A stretch of 64,000 bases of DNA from Trypanosoma brucei (Eukaryota), in NCBI GenBank assembly GCA_000002445.1, contig CM000207.1, positions 2,560,001 to 2,624,000 of the forward strand, in the 5' to 3' direction. The translations under genes and the position numbers were made by a program. Positions 47,001 to 57,409 of the stretch are shown here, in pieces. The notes under the pieces are model-generated. The model had not been told where the DNA came from and made no database searches. It saw only the letters and a list, made by a program, of their open reading frames with translations. Positions within the stretch are counted from its first letter, which is position 1; the number at the start of each line of letters is the position of its first letter.

Positions 47001-49308
47001 GCAGATAAAGCCTGTGTGCGCTGATGACCCTGACGATGTCAAAAGGGAGGCTTCCGAAAAGTGGATTGAACGACATTTTGCACGGAGGGGGAAGGAGCTA
47101 CCGCGGCGAGAGCACTACGAATTGTGGACTGATGGATCCGTGTCCCTCGGTGAGAAGTCCGGAGCAGCTGCCCTGCTCTACAGAAACAACACGCTGATTT
47201 GCGCACCTAAGACAGGAGCAGGGGAACTCTCATGCAGTTACAGAGCGGAATGCGTAGCATTAGAGATAGAACTGCAACGGCTGCTGAAATGGCTTCCGGC
47301 ATACAGAAGCACACCTAGCAGGTTGTCCATCTTCTCTGACTCGCTGTCAATGTTAACAGCACTGCAGACAGGCCCCCTAGCCGTAACGGACCCAATTCTA
47401 AGACGACTATGGAGGCTTCTGCTTCAAGTTCAGAGAAGGAAGATACGTATCCGACTGCAATTTGTGTTTGGCCATTGTGGCGTGAAACGGAATGAAGTTT
47501 GTGATGAGATGGCCAAAAAGGCCGCAGATTTACCACAGTTGCGAGACACATGGATCCCCGACATCATTGCTTATGCGAAGCGAGTGCTTAAGTCGGAAGA
47601 AGTCCATGAGAACACTCATAGGTTTGGTATCACGGGCAACCACTTTCCAACAAAACATAAGGAAGAACTGACGAGGGAAGAAGAAACGGCACTGGCACGC
47701 TTTCGGGTTGGGTCTTCAAGACACTATGGATGGATGTTGCGAAAGATCAACCCGAGTGTGCCTCCACAGTGCCGATGGTGCAACCCGCAACATGCAGAGA
47801 TAGGGCCAACAATACAAACAGCCCCAACTGTTGCGACACGCACTCTTCAAAGAACCTCCGAACCGACAAAATGTACGGAATGTGATGCCACATACCAATG
47901 CCGCTCGAGTGCTGTAACGCATATGGTAAACAAACATGGCTTTGTGCGAGCTGATGCCCTCCGGAGGATCAAATACGGCGATGCAACACCTGCAGTGGAT
48001 ATCCCCCCGGAGCCCCCTCCAGTGGTGGCGATCGTTCCTCTACCATCGAGCACACGAGTCCCGATGAGACCGCAGGTGCTTCATTGTACCATCTGTGCCT
48101 CCAAATTCGCAGTGCCAGGCCGACTACTACACCACCTTAGAACAATACATGGCATAGGCAGCGGTAGTTGCCGCGTGAAAAGGGGGCGAGAGAACGAGGA
48201 CTCAGTGCAAGGAGATGGTAGAGCCCCAGCAGCGCCAGCCTCTCAGGATACACGGAAGCTGCCGTTTCAATGTGACCTGTGCGAGGCGAGCTTCGGTACA
48301 CGCTCTTCCCTGTCACTACACAAGAAATTCAAACATAAAAGCATAGTGATGGAGGACGGTACCGTGGTGTTGGTGCAATTCCCTCGTAAGCGTGCCCGTG
48401 AGGGAAACGTTGACGTCCCGGGGAAGGGCGAGGTGCAGTGCGGTGTGTGCCAAAAAGTGCTCAGTTGCAGGGACTCCCTCATCCGACACTGCAAGGCTTT
48501 TCACAAAGGTGAGGGAGTCGAGCTTAAATGCAGCAAAAGCACAAAATTTTGTGCCACTGATTCCCCGCATACAAACACATCCATGTTGGTGTGCCCGACA
48601 TGCGGAAGGCAGTGTGCTAGCAAAACTGGCCTCACCCTACATCAAAAGAAGATGCACGGTATGAAGGTAGAGCGCGCTGTTACCAGCCAACGCGGCGACT
48701 GCGAAGAAACGTCGCTGCACTTGATGAGCTGTCCCGGTTTGAAGGAGTTACGTGTCAGGTTTGCGGTAGAAGGTGAGTGTGTGCAGGATGTATGCTTCTC
48801 CAAAAGGCTGGCGCAGTTTCTCATTGCGGTTGAACGGAGCCGGCCGCATGTGAAGTCCTCACCTAAGGTAACAGTCATACAACCCACTCTCCCTTCTGCA
48901 ACTTCCCCCCTTATTGCCGAGTGTGGAGCTAGCAGGAAAAGCATCGGACGCAGGAATAGTCCAGACACCCTTAGAGACAGAGGAGGTATGCTGTCAACAA
49001 GCAACAGAAACAGAAAGAGGAGAAGAGAATAATAAACGAATAACAAAAATAAAAACAAAAGGATTGCTAATTGACATCTTTTGGAGAGTCCGGGGTGAAG
49101 GGATTCTCGCCCCATCTGCTGTATTCCGTTCAACTGCGGAGCTACAACAAAAATTATAGAGAGTGTGTGTGTTAGGATGAATGAAAAAGGGAGACTCTGC
49201 CACAGTCGCCAGACCGATAGCATCTCAGGGCTCTACGGTGATGGCTGATGGCCGCGCCAGTGGGTGGAAACTCTCACGAAGGCACGAAGAAAATTCTAAA
49301 AAAAAAAA
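44051..49308 (+). mobile_element. ingi, full length, flanked by a perfect 12-bp TSD
   Basis: The 5' end is ccctggcgatgccggccacctcaacgtggtgcc. The 3' end is ...cacgaaggcacgaagaaaattctaaaaaaaaaaa. It has one uninterrupted ORF and is about 97-98% identical to the copy at 28135. Confidence 0.92.
44275..49032 (+). CDS. ingi polyprotein ORF (2A-like, EN, RT, RNase H, 4x C2H2)
   Basis: It starts MLLSGDVEENPGP at 44275 and reads through to the stop at 49032. In this copy the frame is also open upstream to 44017 because the in-frame stop seen in copy 2 (tggctagc) is absent (tgccagc). The start at the conserved ATG is inferred. Confidence 0.88.
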   Translation: MLLSGDVEENPGPSLRGMQWNCAGLSQGKRLALHKTLVDERIAFCLLSETRMTPGEAACFSVAGYQHHGIARNCKGGGVSILVREDLPVETGMAVIGRIEQVHATIHLARGTALTVTSAYIPPKHTFTATDLDTLLTTDGAQLIGADANAHALAWDRASPPNTKGETLTQWCIDNQFLVCNTGGCTRYARHHGESTPDVTLSRNCTVYTWTSLYSPDSDHHNIFFDVIVGDDTDALSCTRPRMPMYAWLKANWRNFRLKVDELCRKIGREKNVNTLEQKLSSAIRIATKVSVPRGCRATPPHWTPELAKLDEEIAGCGPSHRREKLVATRKQILDRTTKKRWSTLCSRLAVSDRCSWHMVKKVYAPRPLTTPAVLVDNAAITDYRQAERFSKLYSSRARRHPDSHPPAPIKTIASEFSPITMAELRRSIKLLPSGSAAGPDCLYNEALQHLGRTALNVVLRLFNESLRTGVVPPAWKTGVIIPILKAGKKAEDLDSYRTVTLTSCLCKVMERIIAARLRDTVESQLTPQQSGFRPGCSTLEQLLHVRAALCRPTHQSRTGAVFVDYEKAFDTVDHDKIAREMHRMKVSPYIVKWCVSFLSNRTGRVRFKEKLSRSRTFERGVPQGTVLGPIMFIIVMNSLSQRLAEVPLLQHGFFADDLTLLARHTERDVINHTLQCGLNVVLQWSKEYFMSVNVAKTKCTLFGCIERHPLTLQLDGERIGADRIPKLLGVTFQCQQGMATHAAETRRKMDFRLLQIVSISASTWGPRRQVLRAFYLALVQAHTMYGIEVWYWDASERSRDLLSAAQHKASRIIAGIPHGTRKEDSLLEANLLPLKTTTLVRSMKFMLMCESRGGCLRRSAEEVYHSKHPVRAQHSRIMRSYPHLRIEPREHPLETSTLRHSCRPIFHTQIKPVCADDPDDVKREASEKWIERHFARRGKELPRREHYELWTDGSVSLGEKSGAAALLYRNNTLICAPKTGAGELSCSYRAECVALEIELQRLLKWLPAYRSTPSRLSIFSDSLSMLTALQTGPLAVTDPILRRLWRLLLQVQRRKIRIRLQFVFGHCGVKRNEVCDEMAKKAADLPQLRDTWIPDIIAYAKRVLKSEEVHENTHRFGITGNHFPTKHKEELTREEETALARFRVGSSRHYGWMLRKINPSVPPQCRWCNPQHAEIGPTIQTAPTVATRTLQRTSEPTKCTECDATYQCRSSAVTHMVNKHGFVRADALRRIKYGDATPAVDIPPEPPPVVAIVPLPSSTRVPMRPQVLHCTICASKFAVPGRLLHHLRTIHGIGSGSCRVKRGRENEDSVQGDGRAPAAPASQDTRKLPFQCDLCEASFGTRSSLSLHKKFKHKSIVMEDGTVVLVQFPRKRAREGNVDVPGKGEVQCGVCQKVLSCRDSLIRHCKAFHKGEGVELKCSKSTKFCATDSPHTNTSMLVCPTCGRQCASKTGLTLHQKKMHGMKVERAVTSQRGDCEETSLHLMSCPGLKELRVRFAVEGECVQDVCFSKRLAQFLIAVERSRPHVKSSPKVTVIQPTLPSATSPLIAECGASRKSIGRRNSPDTLRDRGGMLSTSNRNRKRRRE

Positions 49309-49320
49309 TTTGTTTGAAGC
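49309..49320. repeat. 12-bp target-site duplication, right copy (TTTGTTTGAAGC)
   Basis: Matches 44039-44050. Confidence 0.85.
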
Positions 49321-50654
49321 AACAACGAAGGCCTCATGGGAGACCTTGGCGGAGTAAATTTGGCCGGCATTTTTAGGAAATAGTAAGGGTTGGTATACAT
49401 CAACTCTCAAAAAAGCTGGTGACTTTGTGTAAAAAAATTAAAAGTCTGGTTTATAGTTTTTTATTTCTAATTTTTCTTCTGTTGTTATTTTTACGATAAT
49501 TCCTTAAATTTAAGGCATCTATTAGGTTAAGTTTTTACTTAATTTAAATAAACATGCAAATATTTAAAATATTTCCCATATTTATGTTACTGGGAATTCA
49601 AATCTAATGGTGTGCAATCCTGTCATTCTCCACTACAGCCTTGTCAGTACGTAGTGGTTGGGCGACAACATAACGTCTTTGCATAGCTCGTATGAGCATC
49701 TGCATCTGGGGTGCTCTGAAATCAGGCTTGTGTTAAGTCTTCTTTGTTTAAAACTAGATAATTTGGGTTCGGAAGGCGCCTTCTTATCTGGTTTTGCTCT
49801 GTTAATACGATGCATTAGTTTTGATTCACCACAAGTCTTATGGTAACTATTCGTCCACTATAAGGCCTTTGTGTCTGTTCATCATATCAATACGTAATTG
49901 AAAGAGTACTATCATTGATTCTCTCAACTTCATATACCTCGTCTATATCTTTATATATGTTCTTTGTTAAGCAGCCTCAGCGTCTTTATTTTTCATGTCC
50001 TGTCCGTAGTAAAACATTAGTAGTTCTTTTTTTTAAAAATTCTTACTCTATATATAATATTATATATATTTTGGAAAGTATTGAATAGGAGTACTGTATT
50101 TTATGGGAAAATTAGACAATACCTCACGCTTATCCAATTCTTCCACGCATATCTCTCACAGCTCATTATTGAAATGCGCCTTCAGATTAAAAACGAGTCG
50201 TGATCATTTTCAGCGTTGAATCTATCCATTTTGCAAATACGGGATAGAAACAGCTTTTTCTGCTCATGTATTTTTTCTTGTGTTTTTTATTCCGCCTCCG
50301 AATGCTTTACTCTGTATTTTTTCCTTCTATTTTATCTTCGCACTGCTCCTGCGTGTGGCATAGTGACACCATTTGCTTTATACAGCACACATGCTTCTTC
50401 TCCCTCAATTTTACTTTCTTTTCCCTCTTCTGCGATGATGTCAGTCGACATGTTTGTGTCCTAAACTCTTCATATTCCATATAATACTTTTTTATATTCC
50501 TCACTTCCTTATTTTTATCTTTCGTTCTCCATTCTTTAAATAGTTTTCCTGTGATTCTCTCTTCAGTTTCTTATTCTTTCTCACCCTCACATCAATTCAC
50601 TTACTCTTATTGCACGTTAACCATTGCCGTAAGTGTTTCTATTTGTAAGCTCAT

Positions 50655-50735
50655 TCATTACTATTACTGCTCTTATTATAATATTAGTATATATACACTC
50701 ACAACACTCTCCTATTATTATTATTTAATAAAGAA
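50655..50735 (-). repeat. VSG 70-bp repeat (minus orientation), about 1 unit
   Basis: Reverse complement of ...ctcttattataatattagtatatatacactcacaacactctc... The adjacent flank 50570-50595 (ctttctcaccctcacatcaattcac) is the reverse complement of the flank next to the repeat at 12470-12500. Confidence 0.8.
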
Positions 50736-50850
50736 AATAAAATAAATTAGAATAGCACACATTTTTCACACACTATTATCCTACTACTTTACACCCATAT
50801 GCCACGTTCATACACATGTTACTAAGAGTCGCACACTTCAATAATAGAGG

Positions 50851-50866
50851 GTTGAAATATATCAAC
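50851..50866 (-). promoter_or_regulatory. VSG 3'UTR 16-mer variant (minus)
   Basis: Reverse complement of gttgaaatatatca = tgatatatttcaac. Confidence 0.7.
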
Positions 50867-50946
50867 GTTTAGAAAATATTAGCAAATTATTACAAAAATA
50901 TTTTTCTTATAAAACAACATATTTATAAATAAAAATACCTAAAATT

Positions 50947-52476
50947 CTACAAATCCACAAAATCAGAAACAATCGGGGCGAATTGTTTTTTTAGGAGAAA
51001 ACTGGAGTCTTTGCATTCTGTTCCTTCCCATTTGCAGCCATCTTTGCAATCTTTCTCTGGTTTCCCTTTGCATTTTTCTGTTGTTGCCTCTCCTGTTCTT
51101 GCTTTTCCGGTTGTTCCTTCTACAGCCTTCGGTTTGCATTCGCTCTTGACTTTATCATAATTGCACTCTGCGCCTGTGCAACCGCTTTCATTGCCGTTGA
51201 ACGTTTCGCATAGTCTCGGACCCGCCGTTGTTATGCTCGGCTGTGCTGGTGCTATGCCCGGCTGTGTTGCTGCTGTTAGTGTACCTGCTGGTGCGATGGC
51301 AACTTGTTTGAATATTGCTTCAACTTGCCTTCGCATTGACGTTATTTGACGCTGCGTCGTATCTCGGTGAGCCTTCGCTTGTTCTGCTGCGTTAAGCTTG
51401 TCCACCGCTTCCTGCAGCTTTTGTTCCCACCCTATTTCTGTTGCCGATGCTTCGCTTGTTGAAGCAGTGGCCTTTGTCAGGTCTATGCAGGCGGTGCCGG
51501 CGTGATCTTTGCAGGTGTTGTCGTCGGTTTTGGTTCCTAGGATGACGGCCCTCCCACCGGCGTTGCCCACGTCCCTGTAGAGCCTCTTCAGCGCTGCCAG
51601 TCTCTTCGTTATCGCTTCGGCTGTTAGTTTGATCTGCTTGTTTTTCTTGCAGATGGAATCGTATGTTGCGTAGTGAGTTTTCATGTTTCCTGAGCTCCAA
51701 TCCGAGAGGTTTGGCGTTGAAGAGTCGCCGCATATATCTTTGCTTTGTGTTGACCCTTTGGCACATATACAGACTAGCGCTCCGCAGATGGCCTCGCCAG
51801 CTTTTGGTAGTTCGCAGGTTTTTTGCCGGCTGGTGTCTACTTTGACGTTGCACTTGTGGTTGCTTTGCGCCGGAACGGGGTCGACGTTATACGCCGCCTT
51901 GTTAAGTAGGGTGGTTACGGCTGCTTTAAGACCAGTTACATGTGCTTTGTGGTTGGTCTCCCAGTTTTTTTTGAGTTTCTCTGCTTCCTCCAGCAGGCTT
52001 GCAACTTGTAACGCGGCTGATCTACCGTAGCTTGAAGTTAACTTGACTTCTTCGAGTTTCAGCTTGTCTGGTCGTATATTGTTGTCTTTTGCTTTCACTT
52101 TCGCAGTTTCCCACTTTTTCCAGTGGCTTTTGCATGGGTCTGTCGCCGCTTTTCCTTTGCAGGGGACTGGTTCATCAGTTGGTTTGGAAGCGTCATCCGA
52201 GAATTGCTTGCTCCAGTTAGGATCTGCTAGTGTCATGTTTAACGCCTCCATTATGGTAAGGTCATTTGTATCTATTTCCTCGTCGCTTAGAGCACTCATA
52301 TCTGCTTCTGTTAGTTTTATGAACTCGCACAGAGCGGTCAACTCCGCGGCGTTTTTGCTTTGGTCCGGGCCGGCTGCCTCGCAACGCATAGCGCTGCAAA
52401 CGAGGGCTATAAAAATAAGCATTGAGGGTGCTAGTCTTCGAGTCATCGTTTGCTGTATCGGAGTGTTTATTCGCAT
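50947..52476 (-). CDS. VSG, intact 509-aa ORF with an atypical extreme C-terminus
   Basis: The probable start is MTRRLAPSMLIFIALVCSAMRCEAA. The C-terminal domain ...CKGKPEKDCKDGCKWEGTECKDSSFLLKKQFAPIVSDFVDL* has a short tail with charged residues where a hydrophobic GPI signal is expected. Confidence 0.75.
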   Translation of the reverse strand: MRINTPIQQTMTRRLAPSMLIFIALVCSAMRCEAAGPDQSKNAAELTALCEFIKLTEADMSALSDEEIDTNDLTIMEALNMTLADPNWSKQFSDDASKPTDEPVPCKGKAATDPCKSHWKKWETAKVKAKDNNIRPDKLKLEEVKLTSSYGRSAALQVASLLEEAEKLKKNWETNHKAHVTGLKAAVTTLLNKAAYNVDPVPAQSNHKCNVKVDTSRQKTCELPKAGEAICGALVCICAKGSTQSKDICGDSSTPNLSDWSSGNMKTHYATYDSICKKNKQIKLTAEAITKRLAALKRLYRDVGNAGGRAVILGTKTDDNTCKDHAGTACIDLTKATASTSEASATEIGWEQKLQEAVDKLNAAEQAKAHRDTTQRQITSMRRQVEAIFKQVAIAPAGTLTAATQPGIAPAQPSITTAGPRLCETFNGNESGCTGAECNYDKVKSECKPKAVEGTTGKARTGEATTEKCKGKPEKDCKDGCKWEGTECKDSSFLLKKQFAPIVSDFVDL

Positions 52477-53229
52477 TTACAGCCTACTGTTCGCTGGCCT
52501 GGTTACTGTCTTTTCTTATTTAGAGGCAGATGCTGTCCCTACAAGAAACGCAAGTGCATATTGTAACGGCTTCATTCTTATCGACAATTTAAAAAAATAA
52601 ATATATGGCATGAAGCTTGCCTTGGGTTTACATATTCTAATTGACGTTCATTTACAATATACCAAACAGGTTTGCTTATAATCTATATCATTCACTTTCC
52701 ATTCCATCCATGGTATTTGTCAAGTAAAAAACACCCATATTCACTCTATAAAACTTCGGCCAAGGCCCTTACCGCTTAACATCAACATCCACTGTAGAAT
52801 TAAAAACATCAGTTGGCACCTTCTCCGCTGCCACATCTATTTATGTATGAAATACATGGTATAATTGATTTATGCTGCTCATCATAATGTACCATTTGAC
52901 TCTTTGCTGTACTGCTGTGTTGCGTATTCTATAATTTCATTAATTTTTCTTTCCCGCCTCTCTACTACTTCCTATGCTTCAGTTTATGCAGCGAATTCAT
53001 TTGGAACGCACATTTTCCTATCTACCACGCTCATTGTCCCTTACTAAAATCTTCTGGTATACAATGATGCCCATAATCATATTTGTATTTGAAACTTCGA
53101 ATATTCCATATCCCTTTCTTTCACGCTGCCTTTCTGACTCACCATCTAACTTATTCAGTTACTCCCATAGGGCGTTTTCAATTGCTTTAAGTGCATTTAT
53201 TTTGGCTAAGGTTCCGTTCTGCATCACCA

Positions 53230-53320
53230 CGCTTATAATATTATTATATATCTTTATTACAACTTTTCTATCATTATTATAATCATTATTGCTGTTGCTA
53301 TTATAATTCTAACTAATATA
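53230..53320 (-). repeat. Degenerate 70-bp-repeat-like sequence (minus)
   Basis: cttataatattattatatatctttattac...tcattattataatcattattgctgttgctattataattc. Confidence 0.45.
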
Positions 53321-53579
53321 CATAAAATAAACAAATGAAGAAAAAGTTAGAGTATTAATCATTTTTCATACTCTATTACCCTGCTAAGTTTCATTCATAG
53401 ACCACAATAATATCAAAATGTCATAATTGTTACTAATTTGTACATTTTCATTGAATGTGTCGTAATCTATCATATTTTAGAGAAATTTACCAAGTTTTCT
53501 CAGAACAGCAAATTTTAATAAATTCCATAAAATTGAAAAAAAATCTTTTAAAATTCTTAAAAAACTAACAATCTCGTAA

Positions 53580-55060
53580 AGAAAGCAGCAATCAAAGAAA
53601 CTTTCTTATTTACAAGAAAACTACCACTTTCTCAATTTTCCGTTTCCTTGGCATCTTCAATATCTTTACCCTTTCTCTACACGCAAACAGATTTTTCTTT
53701 TTCTTTATAGACTTCTTCGCATTTGTCTTTCGAGACATATTCGGAGAATCTTACAGTTGGTGTCCCTGAATTTCCCTCTGTTGCTGTTCATGCTGCTGTG
53801 GTTTCTGCCCCTGTTTTAGGTTTTTATTTCTTTTTTGGTGGCATCATAGTTGCAGTTAGTCTCTGGACATTCTTCTTTTGTTGCGGGTGGGGACTTGCAT
53901 TTTGACTGCTCTGCTGCTGCGAGTTGTTTTTTGGCAGTTTTTGGTTGGTGGCGTGTTTTAGCGCGGCTATAGCTTGAGCTTGCTTATACGCTACCACCGT
54001 TTTCTGTGCGGCCTGTCGAGCCACCCTTTTTAGATCTTCTATTGCGCGTTGCCGCTTTTCGTGGCTAGAAATGTCAGAGATCGCGGCCTTGAGGGTGATT
54101 AGCTAGGTTATGCCCGTTCCGGTTCTTCCAATTGGTATTTGTAGTTTATACATCCGTCCTCGTTGGCAGCACTGCAGGTGTCTGCGCCTCCGGCGCCGTA
54201 GTAGTAGACTCAGTCGGCGTTTGTGCTCGCGCGTGCTCTGATTAAACTGTTGAATATGTCTTCCAGGGCTCGCAGCTGCTGTGCACTTGTTTTGGTTTTG
54301 ACTTTGTTGTGGCATTTGGCTATTACGGCCACGAACGCCGTTGGTCCGCTGGCTTCATTTGTAAACTTGTTGCTTATGGTTCCGCCCGTTGAAAGGCACG
54401 CTTCCGCTGGGGTGTTGCCCCGTTGCCGCCACAAAGGCAGACTATATCGTTGGCTAGCGACTTGCCGGCTGAGTTAGAGCCGCCGTCGCTGTTGCCGCAT
54501 GCGTCGGCTCCTGTGCTCCAGAATGTAGTTTCTCCGTTGCCTTGAGCAGCTGTCTGCTTGGCGCCAACCAAAACCGCTTTTAGCTTTGCGTTTGTTTCTG
54601 CTGCCATCTTTTCCTTTGGCAGTTCAGCAACTGCTGTCTCTATTGTGTCGATAGAAGAAAGTGCCTGAAGCTGCAACGCGTTGCGCATTTCTCGTCCAGG
54701 AAGACGTTCGAGTTTGGTCTGTTGCTTGCCAAGCTTTCGGGTTCCTAGGTCTTTTTGCAGTTTGATTCAGAGCGGTTTGTACTTTGTGTATTTGGAATCA
54801 TTTTTGTGGTCTTTGTCTTCTTCGAAGTTCCGCTTGAAAAATCCTTCATCTGCTGCCGTTAGGTTTAGGGCGATTAAAGTTTCGAGTTCATTGGCGACCG
54901 CGGTGTCTGGGTCCTTTTCTGTTGAGTCTATTCCTTCGCTGCACGCTGCGTAGAGCTGACAGAGCACAGCAAATTCTTTGAGATTCGCTCCAGCAGCTGC
55001 TTCTGCACAGTTTGATAAGAGCATCAGGCTTAGAGCAGCTAGTAAGCTGTATGCCAACAT
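53580..55060 (-). pseudogene. VSG pseudogene with multiple frameshifts
   Basis: Minus ORF 54767..55060 starts MLAYSLLAALSLMLLSNCAEAAAGANLKEFAVLCQLYAA (signal plus N-terminus). Fragments follow at 54374..54688, 54210..54434 and 53824..54024. A C-terminal signal-like ...SFLVNKKVSLIAAF is encoded near 53590-53640. Confidence 0.65.
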
Positions 55061-55243
55061 ATTTTCAATAATGGCTACACTTGAAAAGCGATACTTTTTG
55101 GTATTGAAGGAGGTGGTTTCTGCTGTAGTCAGTATCGGGAAACAGTTAGTTTCTTTTGGAGTGTTTCAACTTAACTTTGAGCACGGCTGTGCTATTTATT
55201 TGGCGTTGTCCTTTCGTATTTTTCTGGTCTAGCACGTTGCTTC

Positions 55244-56106
55244 CTACCAGTTTTTGTCAATTTGATTGATTTGTTGCCTAAGGTCTGCTTTTGCTAGTGT
55301 TGATGCGCTAATAGTCATCATAGAGATACAATCACTTTTTTTCAGGCGGTTGGTCACTATTATTTTAGTTAAATTTGGTGGTTTCTCTGCAACTGTCTTG
55401 TGAATTAAGTAACGACAATCTTGCATATCTACTGTTAGCAATTCTTCAAATTTCAATTTGTTCCTTCTAACTTCCCCAACCATAATGTGTTCGTTGAGTG
55501 CTCTAAAATCAATATATGTTTCGAAATTTCTGAAATTGATTGGTGACTTTACTAATTGTTTCAAAGGTTTGTAATCGACAATTTCCTTAACCACGTCCCT
55601 AAACAGTGTGGACGTATAACCAATAGTGTGCTATGTAATTTCATCACTAAAATATTTATAATATCCAATTGCTCTGCCAATATTCAATTTGTCTCTTGAA
55701 AGCACCTTCATATATTGCAGATACAGTGGTACCCTCACGAAAATATCATCATCTGCCTTCATTATACATGGAGTACTTGGTCTGAACATTTCAAGTGCGA
55801 ATTTGAACCACAAATATGTTTTTCTGCTCACAGTGAGCTCTGCTTTTCAACCCCAATTACACGCATCTCCAATTTTTTATTCGTTGTTGGATTCACATCG
55901 CAAACAGGTAAAATAATAACATCCTGATCCACATAACCCTCTTCTCCAACAACTTCTCTAAGTTCGCAAATGTTATTTGTATGAGGTGAAAGATCATATA
56001 CTATAAGCAACTTCCCACTGAAATTATTTGACTTTCTTGCAACTTCAGGATAATTCCAACAACTTTTTCCTCTATAAATTCCGTCTGCTAAACCTCTCAC
56101 CATCAT
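55244..56106 (-). pseudogene. Glycosyltransferase-like pseudogene fragment with a Galactosyl_T-type DDD motif
   Basis: Three minus ORFs in three frames (55828..56106, 55631..55831, 55244..55594). The middle one reads ...RPSTPCIMKADDDIFVRVPLYLQYMKVL, which resembles the beta-1,3-glycosyltransferase DxD region. Such GT pseudogenes are known in T. brucei subtelomeres. The assignment is from motif memory only. Confidence 0.4.
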
Positions 56107-57019
56107 CTATTGAGGTATTCCAACTACAAACAAATAGTCTCCACTTTGCCAAATCTTCCTAAAATCTTGTGAAACAAATTTGCATACGCTTACCTTTTAC
56201 AATTTCTAGCGAAATGGTTTCGCATTCATTAATCAAGCCAATTATCGACAGCTTCAAACCAATTCCCATAGTAATAAGGACTAAATAACTCACTTTTACA
56301 TAAATAATTCTTATATAATTCATAAGGTTCTGTTATCATTCTAATGATAACATTAAATATCTTAAAATTATAAAAGACTTTAAAGAGATGTCAGTTGCGA
56401 CAATAATTTGCTTAGTGAAGAAGCCATGTCTTTACACGTACAAGTGATACATTGATATTATAATGATATAGATATTGAAGGATGTACGCTCGGTGAAGAC
56501 AGTTTATCTTTCTGCATTCATCTACATTTTTCGTCTTACAAGTTACATTGAAGCACAACCACTCTTACACGCTCCATGAACCCCTACTTACATTGTTATG
56601 AAAATTGAAGTAACCAGATACGCTACTTTTCTTCACACATACTATGAATTGTACAACCTTAGCGTAGTCAATAAGCCAAATATCCGCTTTCCTAGAATTT
56701 CTATCGGCTTATCTTCTTAACTAAATTTACTATTGTTGAGGGTAATGCCGTAACTCCATTTGGTCTGCACACTAGAGTCAACCAGTCTCTAATTTTCCGC
56801 GCCATAACCACTATATGTATAAGGATGCCTATCTTCAAAGTTTCGTTTGAAGCTTCCCATATTCCATCCCTCACATCCTTTTTTCATTTCTATCAATAAT
56901 AATATTCCTTGCCTTCTTCCGCTTTCTTTCACTTTCATCCACTCACTCCTACCTCACCCTTGCCTTTATTATAGCCCCTGCTATTAAGGCCTTCCGTTTA
57001 GTATTCATTAACATTCTTT

Positions 57020-57100
57020 AACAATATTAGTATATACACACCTACAAAACACTCCTATTATTGCCATTATTATTGCTACTATCATTATCCTAATAAATAC
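57020..57100 (-). repeat. VSG 70-bp repeat (minus), about 1 unit
   Basis: Reverse complement of aacaatattagtatatacacacctacaaaacactcctattattgccattattattgctactatcattatc. Confidence 0.75.
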
Positions 57101-57285
57101 AGTTACGACCCCACTTGATATCCATAAAAAAATTGGAAATAAACTAAATTAATATATTACTAATTTTAATATACAATCACCCTACTACATTCCACAGACT
57201 TACCTTTATAATACAAAAATTTTACAAGTTCTTATTTTTTAAAAATTTTAATGAATTGCACGTTTTGAAAGTTTGCAATTAAAAA

Positions 57286-57301
57286 GTGTTAAGATATATC
57301 A
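57286..57301 (-). promoter_or_regulatory. VSG 3'UTR 16-mer variant (minus)
   Basis: Reverse complement of gtgttaagatatatca = tgatatatcttaacac. Confidence 0.75.
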
Positions 57302-57409
57302 AATTTTATATAACTTCAGCAAATTATCTCAGAACAAAAAATTTCATAAATTTCATAAAATTGAGCGAAAAATACATAAATTTATAGAATTCTATAATTC
57401 TAGAATGCT

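Noticed and set aside
50216-50504. Small ORFs (65-82 aa) in the region between the ingi TSD and the 70-bp repeat.
   Set aside because: They have no start context or homology, overlap on different strands, and lie in a non-coding VSG upstream-type region.
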